From positions 4,671 to 68,670 of the IMG/VR virus record IMGVR_UViG_3300048895_000267: DNA of 64,000 nucleotides, one strand, 5' to 3'. Shown in pieces: positions 25,982 to 35,803 of the stretch; the first letter of the stretch is position 1, and every line of letters begins with the position of its first letter. The notes under the pieces were generated by a model. The model made no database searches. It saw only the letters and a program-made list of their open reading frames with translations, and was not told the DNA's origin. The translations under genes and the position numbers were made by a program. The stretch is from a virus. Its lineage: Duplodnaviria; Caudoviricetes.

Positions 25982-26346
25982 CCTTCACTGTCTCCCTCAC
26001 CTTCCCGGTTACCGACCAGCTGTGCGCCGACATCCTGTGCGCTGCGCTGGAAGGCGGCATCGGCTACTGGGCCTTCGCCGAGAAGATCGATCGCGCCGAA
26101 AGCGGCGATCAGGACTACCTCAGCGCTACGCTCTCGGATGCCGAGAACGAAGACGCCTTCCCGGAGTTCGTGTGCAACTACGACACCATCCGGCTTGGCA
26201 TCACGCGCGCGCTGGCTAAGCCGACGTGGGTGGTCTACCGCAACCTCGTGCAGGCGATCTCGCTGGACGACGCCAGCGCACTCGACGCCGCTGACGCCGA
26301 CGTGATCGTGCAGCTGGGCGCCTTCGACGAGCTGGTGTTCGGGTGA
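25978..26346 (+). CDS. Conserved phage hypothetical protein (IL..ALEGGIGYW...DA..ADVIVQLG.F.ELVFG)
   Basis: Recognisable motif; biased codons. Confidence 0.8.
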   Translation: MTFTVSLTFPVTDQLCADILCAALEGGIGYWAFAEKIDRAESGDQDYLSATLSDAENEDAFPEFVCNYDTIRLGITRALAKPTWVVYRNLVQAISLDDASALDAADADVIVQLGAFDELVFG

Positions 26347-26534
26347 ACATCCACGCTCGCCCACACCTGCGCAACATCAGCCATCTAGGCTGCCGTCGTC
26401 GTACACATCCGACGCGAGCAGTCGATGCTGAGCTGCCACGCGTGAGCTGGCCGGCGTGTAGATGCGGGCGCGAGGGCGTGCCCGGTTTGACGCTATGCAA
26501 GACCTGCGTAGCGAAGTTGTTCCACAACCGATAA
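26343..26534 (+). CDS. Small Cys-rich hypothetical protein
   Basis: GTGA coupling; weak support. Confidence 0.4.
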   Translation: MNIHARPHLRNISHLGCRRRTHPTRAVDAELPRVSWPACRCGREGVPGLTLCKTCVAKLFHNR

Positions 26535-26545
26535 GGAGAACCGTC

Positions 26546-26905
26546 CTGAGAACCGTACGCATCAATGCCAGCGAGCTTCGCAACAAGCTCGTCGAAAACC
26601 GCGCCGCCCATACCGCCGACTACGAGAAGGCGTTCGTCGTATACCGGGACGATGTCGTTGCTGCTTTGAAAGCTCGTCTTGAGTCCGTTGAGCATCGTGA
26701 GCCTTTCAACCTGTACTTCAACCTGCGCAGCCCCGAGGACCACACGGCTGACTACGATCGTGTGATCGCCATGCTCAACATGTCGGTCGAGAAGGAAGTC
26801 GATCTATCCAGCGACGAGTTCAACTGCTACGTGCTCGACAACTGGGAGTGGGCGGAGAACGCCAAGATGCTGAACTCCAGCTACTCTTCGCGGGCGATTC
26901 GCTAA
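26546..26905 (+). CDS. Conserved phage hypothetical protein; probable CTG start
   Basis: AAGGAG 26533-26538, 7 nt before CTG; NR..H...Y..A...Y...P..H..DYDR.I.ML...W.W. Confidence 0.75.
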   Translation: MRTVRINASELRNKLVENRAAHTADYEKAFVVYRDDVVAALKARLESVEHREPFNLYFNLRSPEDHTADYDRVIAMLNMSVEKEVDLSSDEFNCYVLDNWEWAENAKMLNSSYSSRAIR

Positions 26906-26915
26906 TCACCTAACT

Positions 26916-26946
26916 AAAACGGAGCCCTAGGGCTCCGTTTCTTTTT
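26916..26946. terminator. Bidirectional terminator between the convergent arms
   Basis: AAAACGGAGCC-CTAG-GGCTCCGTTTCTTTTT. Confidence 0.85.
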
Positions 26947-26975
26947 GCCTGTAATCTCAGGAACCTAGTTCTATG

Positions 26976-27248
26976 TCACACCAGAACTTCAACCGGTTCC
27001 ATAGGAGTTGAGCCACGGCGCCAGTGAAACTGTTTGCGCGTCCGGTCGTAGGAAAAATAGAGCCAGTAGCAGCGCCGCGCCATCGCCGAGTAGTTGTTGA
27101 AATCGAACCGCTCTTCGCGCAGGCGCCAGCCAGTAAAGCCAAGCACGAGTGTCACGATGCCTACCTTCATATCGTAGGAGCGCTCGATGAACAAGCCGCG
27201 ACGCGGCCACTTGGTCTCGTCGTTATCGATGAAGTGGAGCCAGCGCAT
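26976..27248 (-). CDS. Small hypothetical protein
   Basis: TGATG-type coupling to the upstream ORF. Confidence 0.5.
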   Translation of the reverse strand: MRWLHFIDNDETKWPRRGLFIERSYDMKVGIVTLVLGFTGWRLREERFDFNNYSAMARRCYWLYFSYDRTRKQFHWRRGSTPMEPVEVLV

Positions 27249-27418
27249 CAGATCTGGCGCAAGCCGTAGCGGGCTTTCGCAGGACGACCTGCCATGCGCT
27301 TCGGAGGAGCGAGGCGAGCGGCCATCGCCGGCGCAGGTGCGCGCGCAGCAGCCAGTTCAGTCGCGCTGGCAACCAGCGGGTCAGGCTTCTTGGGGGCGTA
27401 TCCGGGCAACACGGCCAT
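27248..27418 (-). CDS. Small basic protein (56 aa)
   Basis: AGGAG RBS; start moved to 27418. Confidence 0.55.
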   Translation of the reverse strand: MAVLPGYAPKKPDPLVASATELAAARAPAPAMAARLAPPKRMAGRPAKARYGLRQI

Positions 27419-27446
27419 GACGGTTCTCCTGTCGGGTGGGTAGATC

Positions 27447-30400
27447 TTACCCCGCCACTTCCGCGGCTGCACGCGGGTCGCGCTCGGGGTTCTTCTGCTG
27501 CAGGTCGATGTGCTGCTTGACCATGGTCTCCATCGGCAGCGCAGCCTCGATCTTGGCGCCCGCCGGCTTGTCGGACAGCACCTCGCGGGCCTGAGCCGCC
27601 GAGGGGCCAAGGAACGAAGTGCCGGGCAGGCGGCCGTAGGTCGGGTCAGCCACGGCGTCGGTCAGGAACTCCTTCGGGCCGAGCAGGCCAGTGCGCTTGG
27701 CGCTGTATGCGGCGTACTCCGCCACGCCCCAGTTGTCGCGGTTCGGGTTGCCGTCCTCGCCGTACTGGAGGAACTCGCGCAGCAGCTCGGTAGCCAGCAT
27801 CATCGGGACGTAGGCCAGCGCCAGCAGCAGCGGCTCGTAGTTGCCCTCGCGGAACTCGTGCCCGATGCGCTTGAGGATCGTGCTCTGGAAGGCGTAGGTG
27901 AAGCTCTTGTACTGGCTGATCAGCATGTAGTTCGGGTCGGACGCCCACAGCGGGCGCTGCGACGGGTCCGGGCGCAGGATCGACTCGTCGACGAAGCGCA
28001 GCATCGCGTTGTGGATGCGCGCGTCACGGTCGCTGTCGCCGGTCTTCATCTTCACGAAGTCGCCGAACGCCTCGATGTCGCCGGGCTTCAGGCCCAGCTC
28101 CTTGTTGTAGCGCGCGCTGTGCTTGCCACTGCCGTCGGCGTGGCGCAGCAAGAAGCGGTGCGCCATGGCCACGGCAGCGACGCGGGTGGCCTGCGTCCAG
28201 CGGGTCAGGCCGATGGCCTTGAAGAAGAAGTCGTTGACCTGACGGGCGCCGCGGCTGAGGTACAGGCCGCCGTACGCCGAAGCCAGCGCCTCGTTGGTAG
28301 CGGTGGTCTCCACGACACCGAGGTCCTCGGCCAGCTTCCACATGTCTTCCATCGAGCCGTTCTTGCGGATCGACTTGAAGGTATCGCGGTAGGCGGCCCA
28401 CGCATCCTTGACCTTGCCGCTGCGGATCGCGATGCCGAAGCTGTCGACGATCGACGACAGCGTGGCCAGCGCGAGCAGGCGCACGTTCTGGTACACGACG
28501 AGGAAGCCCTGCACCTTGCGCATCAGCGCCGGGTTCTGCGCCAGCTTGGAGCCGAACACCTTGTCGATGCCACCAAGCAGGTGCTTGATCGCCGGCGGGT
28601 AGCCGAGGCCGTAGCTGCCCATCATCACGTCGACGAAGTCGTGGGTCAGGTCGATCTCTTCCTGCGTCGCACCCTGCTTGCGCGCTTCCTTGAGCGCCTC
28701 GAGCAGCGGGTTGGTCACCACGCGCCGGCCATCGACCATCTTCACCTCGGTCGGGAAGCGGCGGTTGAACTCGGCGCGCTTGGCCGCTGCCTCGTTGTAG
28801 CGGGTCAGCGTGTAGGCAAGGTTCGGCTCGCGGAAAGCCGCGAACGCCGAGCGCTGCGCGGGCGTGCCCTTGAGCACGAAGTCCATCAGCTGCTCGTTCA
28901 TGTAGCGGAAAGAGGGGCGCGCACCGGCCAGCCACGGCGGCGCGGCATCGCGGTCTTCGCCGGTGGCCATGGCGTAGAAGTTCTCCGCCAGCTCGCGGCC
29001 GGTCTTGGCGTCCTTGCCGAACAGCTCCTTGTGGATCTTCTTGAGCTTCTCGGCGTCGGCCGGGACGTCGGCGTCGAGTCCTTCGATCCACAGCGACTTG
29101 AGCTTGGCGCGCATCTGCGCATCGAAGTTGTTGGCGAAGTAGCTCAGGAACTCCTCGCGCTGGCCAGCCAGCTCCACGGCGTCCTTCATCACGATCGGGT
29201 AGTAGTTCGCCCGCTTGTCGAACTTGACCCCCGCTTCCTGCAGATAGTCGTAGGCACGGTTCAGGTGCGCGTTGATCTTGTTGTACGCCGCGCGCTGCTC
29301 CGGCGACAGGCTGGACGCCGGCGCCGCCTGCATCAGCACTTCCTGCAGCTGGTCGAGGTCGGACTGGTCGAGGCCGTCGATGGCGCGGCCGAGCGCGGTG
29401 TTGAGGCGGTTGGCCTCACGGTGGCGCGCCGGGAACAGGCCGATGTCGCTGGTCTGCTCGCCGCTGCCGGCCTTGAACTTCACCGCCAAGCCAGCCAGCG
29501 CCGGGATGCGGGTCGCGCGCAGGCGCTCGCCGACACCGGTCAGGAAGACCTTGTCGGCCAGCGGCAGCAAGCTACCGCGATAGTAGCGGTCGACCTCGGC
29601 CAGCGACTTGGCCAGCGCGCCCTTGCCGTGCGCGGTACGGTGGAACAGGTCGTAGCGCTCCGGGTTGCGGCCGACCTTGGCCTGCTGCACGTCGCCGAGG
29701 AACTGCTCGAAGTAGTCCGACTCGGTGAGTACGCCGACCACGCGCATGACCTCGGTCCACACGGTGCGGAACGTACCCTGTGCCTCGCGGATGTTGAGCA
29801 GGCCGTTGCGCCACGCCTTGTAGGCCACCACCATGCGGGTCTCGACGCCGAGCACCGGGTCGTCCATGGCAGCGAGCGTGCCCGGGTCGGACACCAGCTC
29901 GCGCAGCTTGGTGATCATCGGACCGCGCTGGACGATCTTCGACAGCACCGCCTTGGCGCCCTTGGGCAGCTTGCGGAAGATCTCGCGCATGGTGGTCGGG
30001 ATCGCGTTCGGGTCGGTGACGTCGGTCACCGCCGCGTGCGCTTCGGTAGGAGTGACTCCCTCCGGCAGCTTGGTGCCGTCGACGTTCTTGACCGAGCGGA
30101 TCGTGCGCTTGGCATCGACGCGCTGGGCGGTGGTCGGGCGCAGCGCCTGCAGGTACGCCTTGACGGCCGCGTCCGGCTTGGCCTTGCCCTTGAACAGGGT
30201 GGCCAGCTCGCGCAGCTTGGCAGCGACGTCGGCGAAGAACTGCTCCACTGCGCCCACGGCCTTTTTGTCGGTGGTGATGAAGCGCGCCACCTGATCGGCG
30301 AACCACTCGTCGAACATGGTGGCGTAGGACTGAGCCTCGAGGCTCATGTCGGCCAAGCGCGGACCGGTGCCGCGCAGGCCGAGGGCGTCGAACAGCTCCT

Positions 30401-33400
30401 GACGTGCCGCCGGCGCGCGCGAAGCCAGCACGTCGTACATGTGCTTGGTCGACGGCTGGCCCTTGAGCCACTTCTCGTACGCCTCGCGCAGTGCGGTCTT
30501 GGTCTCGTCGCTCGCCGTGCGCTGCATGTGGCGCTCGATCAGGTGGCCCAGCTCGTGGCTCAGGCTGGTGACCGCGTCGGCACCGCGCAGCGTGTCGCGC
30601 AGGTGAATGACGTAGCGCTTCTTGTTCGGGTCGTAGCTGATCTTGCCGAAGCCGTTGGTCTCGCTGGGCTTGACGTAGCGCACGATCACGTCGGCATCGA
30701 GGCCGAAGTGGTCGAGGAGCTGAGAAGCGAGGTGGTTGAGCTTGGCCTCGCTCAGGCGCTCGGACTGGTTGGCGGCATGGTCGACGTACGCCTGCACCAC
30801 CGGGGTCGCGCGCTCGCGCTTCTTCGGGGTATTGGGTACGTCATCGATGGTGTCTTCGGAGCTGCGCTCGCGCACCGCCTTGTTGATGCGCGCCATCAGG
30901 CTACGGCCTTCGCCGATGGTCATCGTCTCGACGGCCGCCTCGTACTTGGCCAGCGCGTTCGGGAAGGTCGCCTTGATGCGGCCGAGCAGCAGCTTCTTCT
31001 GCGGCTCGGTCATCAGCGCCGTCTCCGCGGCGCGCTTGGCCGCGTGCTCGGCGTTGTCCGCAGCCAGCTTGGCCTCGAGGCGCGCAGCGGTTTCGTTCGC
31101 TACTGCCTTCGCGGCCTTCACCTTCGGCGTCTGGCGCTTCTTGGCTTCCTTGGTCTCGACGCGCTTGGCCGCCTGCAGCGGCTCATTCTTGGCATCGAAC
31201 TCACCGATCGCCTTGGCGCGCGCAGCGATGCGACGCTTGTCGACCTCGGTATGCTCGCGGCCCGTCTCCTTGATCGGCTTGGCAGCCACCGCCGGCTTGG
31301 CCGCTGCCGGCAGTGCTTCCACCTTGGCGATGCGCTCGCGCAGGCCCTTCACCAGCGGCGCGTTCTTCTGCGCGCGCTTGCGCTTGGCTGCCTTGGCCGC
31401 GTCGAACTCATTCGACAGCTGCGCGCGCAGGTCTTTCATCTGGCCGCTGATGTTCGCCGCGCGGCGCTCGTCAGGCGTCATCTGCGTCGCCTTGTCACCA
31501 AGGTCGCGGATCTGGGCCTGCAGCGCGGCGATGGGGTCGTCGAACTCCGGCTTCGCCCCCTCACCAACAATCTGGTGGCCGCGCGGCGTTTCAGGGTTGT
31601 CATCGACAACAATGTCACCCTTCGGCTTCGCCTCGATGCGCGCGTTGGCCTGCTCAGGCGGCGCACCCATCATCGCCTCGATCACGTCCGCCTGCGGCTC
31701 GATCGCGCGCTTGGGCGAAGGTACGAACGTGTCACCGCCGGGCACCCGGTTGTCGGAGACCTCGTCGCCGACGGTGGGAGTGATGTTCTCCGGGTCGAAG
31801 TCCGCTGACTGCTGGCGCAGCTCCGGCGACATCAGGTTGTGCACGTCAGCCAGCGTGATCTTCTTGCCGTCCTTCTGGTACAGCACGAGGTTGCCGCGCG
31901 CCATCGCTTCGGGCTGGGCGACGAGGTCGCTCTGGGTCTTGAGCAGCTCCAGCGCCTTGCCGTAGGCATCGGCCACCTGCTGCAGGAAGCCGGCATCCGT
32001 AGGCGCGGTCTTCTCAGCCGAGCGCGCACGTACGAGGTTGATCAGGTGCGGCACGTCGACCATGCGCCGCTCGCCGTTCTTGCCCTCGACCTGCAGCTTG
32101 CGCGACTCGGCGTCTGCGTCCTGCGCCGGGCGAGTGATGGCGTTGTCGAGCGTCGTGGCGTAGTTGTTCTCCAGCACGGCGCCGAGCGCCGCCTCGATCC
32201 CGGAGCCCTTGATCTCGTTGCGCACCGATGCGTAGACCGCATCAGCCGCCGTCGTGCGCTCCTCGGCAGTCTTCTTGTTCTTGAGCGCCGCCTGCAAGCG
32301 CGAGTCCAGCGAGTCCAGTACGTCGTTGGCCTGCGGGTCGCCGTCGCTGGCGACGTCGCGCAGCGCCGAGCGCATGGCGCGATCCTGCATCCACGCCGAG
32401 GTGCCCGCGCCGCGGTGGGTGTTCTTGAGCTCGCGGTCGGAGACCTTGACGCCGCCGACCTTGCCGGCATCGGCGCGCTGGGCGCTGACATCCTCAGCCG
32501 TGTTGGAGCTCTCGCGCGCGAAGCGCTCGAACACCGCCCGGCGCTTGGCAGGAGTGTCGGCCAGATCGTCCAGCTGGCGGATCGCTGCCACTTCCTCACC
32601 AGACAGCGAGCCGCGCTCCTTCACCGACGCCAGCAGCGACTGGCTCGGGTTCCAGTGGGTGAGCTTGTTCTTCTCGGTGATCGGCTCGTCAGTGAGGGTC
32701 TTGGCCTGCGAGCCGGGCTGGAACAGCTTCTTGATGCCCGACTGCATGAGCTGCGCGCCCTGCGGCCCGACCAGATCCTCCAGCAGCTTCTGGTTGCCGG
32801 CGCGCTTGGTGTCGCCCTTGGCGGCATCGCGCGCGTCGAGACGCAGGACGCGGTCCTTCAGCGCGCGCTCCACCGTCGCCGCGACATTCGGACCCTGCGC
32901 AGCATCGAGGTTCGGGCCGGCCGGCGGCGGGGGGGCGACCTGCGGCGGCATGCCCTGCTCAGTGCCGCGCTCGGCCGGCGGCCGGTAGACAGAGCGCAAG
33001 TCGCCGGTCGGGCGCTGGTCGCGCAGCATGTTGACCGCGCGCGACGGGATGCCCTGCATCTGCTCGGTGTACGCCTCGGGCGACACCGGCTGCTGCTGGC
33101 CGAAGTCGAAGATCGACTGATCGCCGGGGTCCTCGTCATGGATCGAGTCGTCGCTGAAATCGATCGTGTCGTTGCCGATGTCGATCGCGTCGCGCGCCTG
33201 CGCCACGTCGCCGGCAGCGGAGCCGGTGGGCTTGCGCTTGGACAGCGCCTGCGCGACCGAGTGCGGGAACATCGCCATGCCGCCGGACAAGCCGCCGAGC
33301 GTAGCGCCGGCAGCCGTGGCATCGATGTACTCGTTGAAGGCGTCGTGGTCGAGCAGGCCGATACGGTCGTCGATCCACTTACGGCTGGCGCGCTCGATGA

Positions 33401-34310
33401 TCGTCTGCGCCAGCTCGGTGCCGCCTTCGGCCACGGCCTGCTTGCCCGCTTCGCGCAGGATGCGCGTGTGCATCTTGCCGGCCAGCGCCTTGACCTCGGT
33501 GCCGGCGATGCCACTGAGCAGGCCGGAAGTATGCAGCAGGCGGAAGGCTGGCAGGGCGTCGATGCTGCCAGCAGCGACGCCGCCAGCGAGGGTCTTGGCC
33601 GCCTTGGACTGCATCGACTCGTTGGAGCCGGGCACGTCCTGCAGGTTGTCGACCATGGAGCCGGTCTCGAGGCCCACGCTGGTCGCCGCGGCGCCGAGCG
33701 CAGCGCCCAGCTCCGCCGAGTGGCCTGCGGCTTCCTTGGCAGCCGGCAGCTTGCGCGCTGCAGCCACCGCGCGGTCGCGCAGCTGCGCCTTGGCCACACC
33801 CTCGGTCGCAGCAACCGCCTCGCCCTTCACTGCGGTCTTGGCCAGATCCCCCTCGACAGTGCCAGCCAGCGCCTTGCCGGCCGCACGCAGGCCGACGCGC
33901 TTGCCGACCGCTGCGCCGAGGCCGCCGCCGAGGAGGCTGACGGCGAGGTTCGGTCCCTGCGTCAGCGCGGTGTTCTGCACGTACTCCAGCGCGTCGCCGG
34001 GGTTTTTCACGTCGCGGATCGAGCTGACGCGCGGGGCGTTGGCGGCGCCCTGCTCTTCCAGCTGCTGCGCGCGGCGCAGGCCGCGCCGGGCGGCGTTCTC
34101 ACGACCGACCAGCGCGTTGCCGACGGCGCCGAGGCCCTCGTTGGTAGCTTCGAGCTGGCCGATGCCCTGATTGAAAGCCTTGGTGGCTTCGCTCTGGTAC
34201 GGAGTTTCGGCGGTGACGGCGTTGGCGTCAGACAGCACGCCGCCGGGCGCCGACAAGCGAGCGCGCTCTTCGGGCGTCATACGCAATCCGAGCACACTCG
34301 GCACAGCCAT
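27447..34310 (-). CDS. Giant internal virion or ejection protein (2287 aa) with a zincin-like HExxH domain
   Basis: Position after the structural genes; SHELGH...DEWFAD; helical C-terminal region. Confidence 0.8.
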   Translation of the reverse strand: MAVPSVLGLRMTPEERARLSAPGGVLSDANAVTAETPYQSEATKAFNQGIGQLEATNEGLGAVGNALVGRENAARRGLRRAQQLEEQGAANAPRVSSIRDVKNPGDALEYVQNTALTQGPNLAVSLLGGGLGAAVGKRVGLRAAGKALAGTVEGDLAKTAVKGEAVAATEGVAKAQLRDRAVAAARKLPAAKEAAGHSAELGAALGAAATSVGLETGSMVDNLQDVPGSNESMQSKAAKTLAGGVAAGSIDALPAFRLLHTSGLLSGIAGTEVKALAGKMHTRILREAGKQAVAEGGTELAQTIIERASRKWIDDRIGLLDHDAFNEYIDATAAGATLGGLSGGMAMFPHSVAQALSKRKPTGSAAGDVAQARDAIDIGNDTIDFSDDSIHDEDPGDQSIFDFGQQQPVSPEAYTEQMQGIPSRAVNMLRDQRPTGDLRSVYRPPAERGTEQGMPPQVAPPPPAGPNLDAAQGPNVAATVERALKDRVLRLDARDAAKGDTKRAGNQKLLEDLVGPQGAQLMQSGIKKLFQPGSQAKTLTDEPITEKNKLTHWNPSQSLLASVKERGSLSGEEVAAIRQLDDLADTPAKRRAVFERFARESSNTAEDVSAQRADAGKVGGVKVSDRELKNTHRGAGTSAWMQDRAMRSALRDVASDGDPQANDVLDSLDSRLQAALKNKKTAEERTTAADAVYASVRNEIKGSGIEAALGAVLENNYATTLDNAITRPAQDADAESRKLQVEGKNGERRMVDVPHLINLVRARSAEKTAPTDAGFLQQVADAYGKALELLKTQSDLVAQPEAMARGNLVLYQKDGKKITLADVHNLMSPELRQQSADFDPENITPTVGDEVSDNRVPGGDTFVPSPKRAIEPQADVIEAMMGAPPEQANARIEAKPKGDIVVDDNPETPRGHQIVGEGAKPEFDDPIAALQAQIRDLGDKATQMTPDERRAANISGQMKDLRAQLSNEFDAAKAAKRKRAQKNAPLVKGLRERIAKVEALPAAAKPAVAAKPIKETGREHTEVDKRRIAARAKAIGEFDAKNEPLQAAKRVETKEAKKRQTPKVKAAKAVANETAARLEAKLAADNAEHAAKRAAETALMTEPQKKLLLGRIKATFPNALAKYEAAVETMTIGEGRSLMARINKAVRERSSEDTIDDVPNTPKKRERATPVVQAYVDHAANQSERLSEAKLNHLASQLLDHFGLDADVIVRYVKPSETNGFGKISYDPNKKRYVIHLRDTLRGADAVTSLSHELGHLIERHMQRTASDETKTALREAYEKWLKGQPSTKHMYDVLASRAPAARQELFDALGLRGTGPRLADMSLEAQSYATMFDEWFADQVARFITTDKKAVGAVEQFFADVAAKLRELATLFKGKAKPDAAVKAYLQALRPTTAQRVDAKRTIRSVKNVDGTKLPEGVTPTEAHAAVTDVTDPNAIPTTMREIFRKLPKGAKAVLSKIVQRGPMITKLRELVSDPGTLAAMDDPVLGVETRMVVAYKAWRNGLLNIREAQGTFRTVWTEVMRVVGVLTESDYFEQFLGDVQQAKVGRNPERYDLFHRTAHGKGALAKSLAEVDRYYRGSLLPLADKVFLTGVGERLRATRIPALAGLAVKFKAGSGEQTSDIGLFPARHREANRLNTALGRAIDGLDQSDLDQLQEVLMQAAPASSLSPEQRAAYNKINAHLNRAYDYLQEAGVKFDKRANYYPIVMKDAVELAGQREEFLSYFANNFDAQMRAKLKSLWIEGLDADVPADAEKLKKIHKELFGKDAKTGRELAENFYAMATGEDRDAAPPWLAGARPSFRYMNEQLMDFVLKGTPAQRSAFAAFREPNLAYTLTRYNEAAAKRAEFNRRFPTEVKMVDGRRVVTNPLLEALKEARKQGATQEEIDLTHDFVDVMMGSYGLGYPPAIKHLLGGIDKVFGSKLAQNPALMRKVQGFLVVYQNVRLLALATLSSIVDSFGIAIRSGKVKDAWAAYRDTFKSIRKNGSMEDMWKLAEDLGVVETTATNEALASAYGGLYLSRGARQVNDFFFKAIGLTRWTQATRVAAVAMAHRFLLRHADGSGKHSARYNKELGLKPGDIEAFGDFVKMKTGDSDRDARIHNAMLRFVDESILRPDPSQRPLWASDPNYMLISQYKSFTYAFQSTILKRIGHEFREGNYEPLLLALAYVPMMLATELLREFLQYGEDGNPNRDNWGVAEYAAYSAKRTGLLGPKEFLTDAVADPTYGRLPGTSFLGPSAAQAREVLSDKPAGAKIEAALPMETMVKQHIDLQQKNPERDPRAAAEVAG

Positions 34311-34313
34311 GGG

Positions 34314-35801
34314 TTACGGCTCCCGCACGCCCTTCTTTGCAGCCCTGTCCTTGGGGCCGAGCTCAGCGGCGCGGCGCAGCAGCTCCAGCTGCACCGGGTT
34401 GAACTCGTCCGCGTTGGCGGCATACTTCTCGCCACTCGCCGGGTCAGTATAGGTGAACGAGCCACCGAAGTCGTTGATGAAATCAGGGACGAGCGCCTTG
34501 ACGCCGCCGCGGTAGGAGCCCTTGCCGAAGCCGCTCAGGTCGGCAGAGCCAACCTTCGGCGCGATGGGCTGGTTCGGGTCGTCGGTGGTGTAGCGCTGGA
34601 AGTGCTGGTTGAGCAGGTCAGTTGCGCGCTGCTGCAGGTTCTCACGCACCGCCGCCGACTCCGGGGTATTGGAGCTGAACAGGTTGGGGTCCTTCTCCTT
34701 GAGCCGGTCGTAGCCAGCCAGCAGCTGGGCGTCACCCAGATCCTGCTCGCCCGCCTGCTTGGGATCGATGCGCGACAGGTACGCCTGCGCCTGCGCGTCG
34801 GTGCGCCGGTTCTGCTCGTTGACGCGGTCGGCTTCGGTCTTGGCCGCGTCGGTCTGGGTGTCGTGCAGGAACTTGGCCACGTCCAGCGGCGTGTCGGTCT
34901 GGCCGGAGCGCAGGCCGGCGTTGCGCTGGCCCGACACGCCGTAGGCGCCGGGAGCGCGCTGCTCGGACAGGTTCTGGCTCAGCTGGTCGTACTGCGAAGC
35001 GAGGTCGCCGCCGATGTTCTTGTAATACTGCGTCGAGGCCGCCGCCTGCTTGTCGCGGTCGGCCTGCGTCTCAGGAGCGAAGCTGATCGTGTGCAGGTTG
35101 CGCAGCGGCGAGCCCTTCTGCGCGCCCTTGCTCGGCTGCATCGGGTCGGTGCCGTCACTGGCCGCCACGAGGTTGCCGCGCGCGTCGCGCCCGGTCACGA
35201 TGGAACGCAGGCCGGCCGGCGACGCGCCGGTTGCGCCCGGGTCGCTTGCCGGCGTCTTGCTCGGGTCCGACATCCCGGCCGCTGCCAGCTCTTCGGGAGT
35301 GAGCGGCGTATCCGGCTGGCTGGCCGCGGCAACCGCCGCCGTACCTGCGGAGCCGGCCAAGCCCAGACCAGTGAGCACCTTGCGCCCGGCGGACATGCCC
35401 TGCTCCGCGACAGCCGGCAGGCGATCGACCACGCCCTTGATCTCGTTGACGCGCTGCGGGTCGACGCCGCGCGACGCCAGCCCGCTGCGCACGATCTGGC
35501 TGCCGACATTGGCGCCGACGAGCGCGTTGCGCAAGCCGCTGCCGCCGCCGACGAACGGAGCCAGCGTCTTCTCCGCCGAGCCCATGGGGTCGTTGATCAC
35601 GTCGCGCGCCGCGCTGACCGGATTGAGCTGGTCGAGCCCCGTAGTAGAAGCGAAGTCGCGCAGGGTCGCGCCTACGCCAGTCGGGGCCGCCGGCGCAGGG
35701 CCGGGCGTCGGCAGTGCGTTCGCTCCCGGCGACGACCAGCCGGGATCGCCGGGGCGCTTCAAGCTCAGCTTGGGCTTCTTGGCGTACGGGTCGAGAGCCA
35801 T
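34314..35801 (-). CDS. Internal virion (ejection) protein
   Basis: Ala/Gly-rich 495-aa ORF; position. Confidence 0.7.
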   Translation of the reverse strand: MALDPYAKKPKLSLKRPGDPGWSSPGANALPTPGPAPAAPTGVGATLRDFASTTGLDQLNPVSAARDVINDPMGSAEKTLAPFVGGGSGLRNALVGANVGSQIVRSGLASRGVDPQRVNEIKGVVDRLPAVAEQGMSAGRKVLTGLGLAGSAGTAAVAAASQPDTPLTPEELAAAGMSDPSKTPASDPGATGASPAGLRSIVTGRDARGNLVAASDGTDPMQPSKGAQKGSPLRNLHTISFAPETQADRDKQAAASTQYYKNIGGDLASQYDQLSQNLSEQRAPGAYGVSGQRNAGLRSGQTDTPLDVAKFLHDTQTDAAKTEADRVNEQNRRTDAQAQAYLSRIDPKQAGEQDLGDAQLLAGYDRLKEKDPNLFSSNTPESAAVRENLQQRATDLLNQHFQRYTTDDPNQPIAPKVGSADLSGFGKGSYRGGVKALVPDFINDFGGSFTYTDPASGEKYAANADEFNPVQLELLRRAAELGPKDRAAKKGVREP

Positions 35802-35803
35802 GG

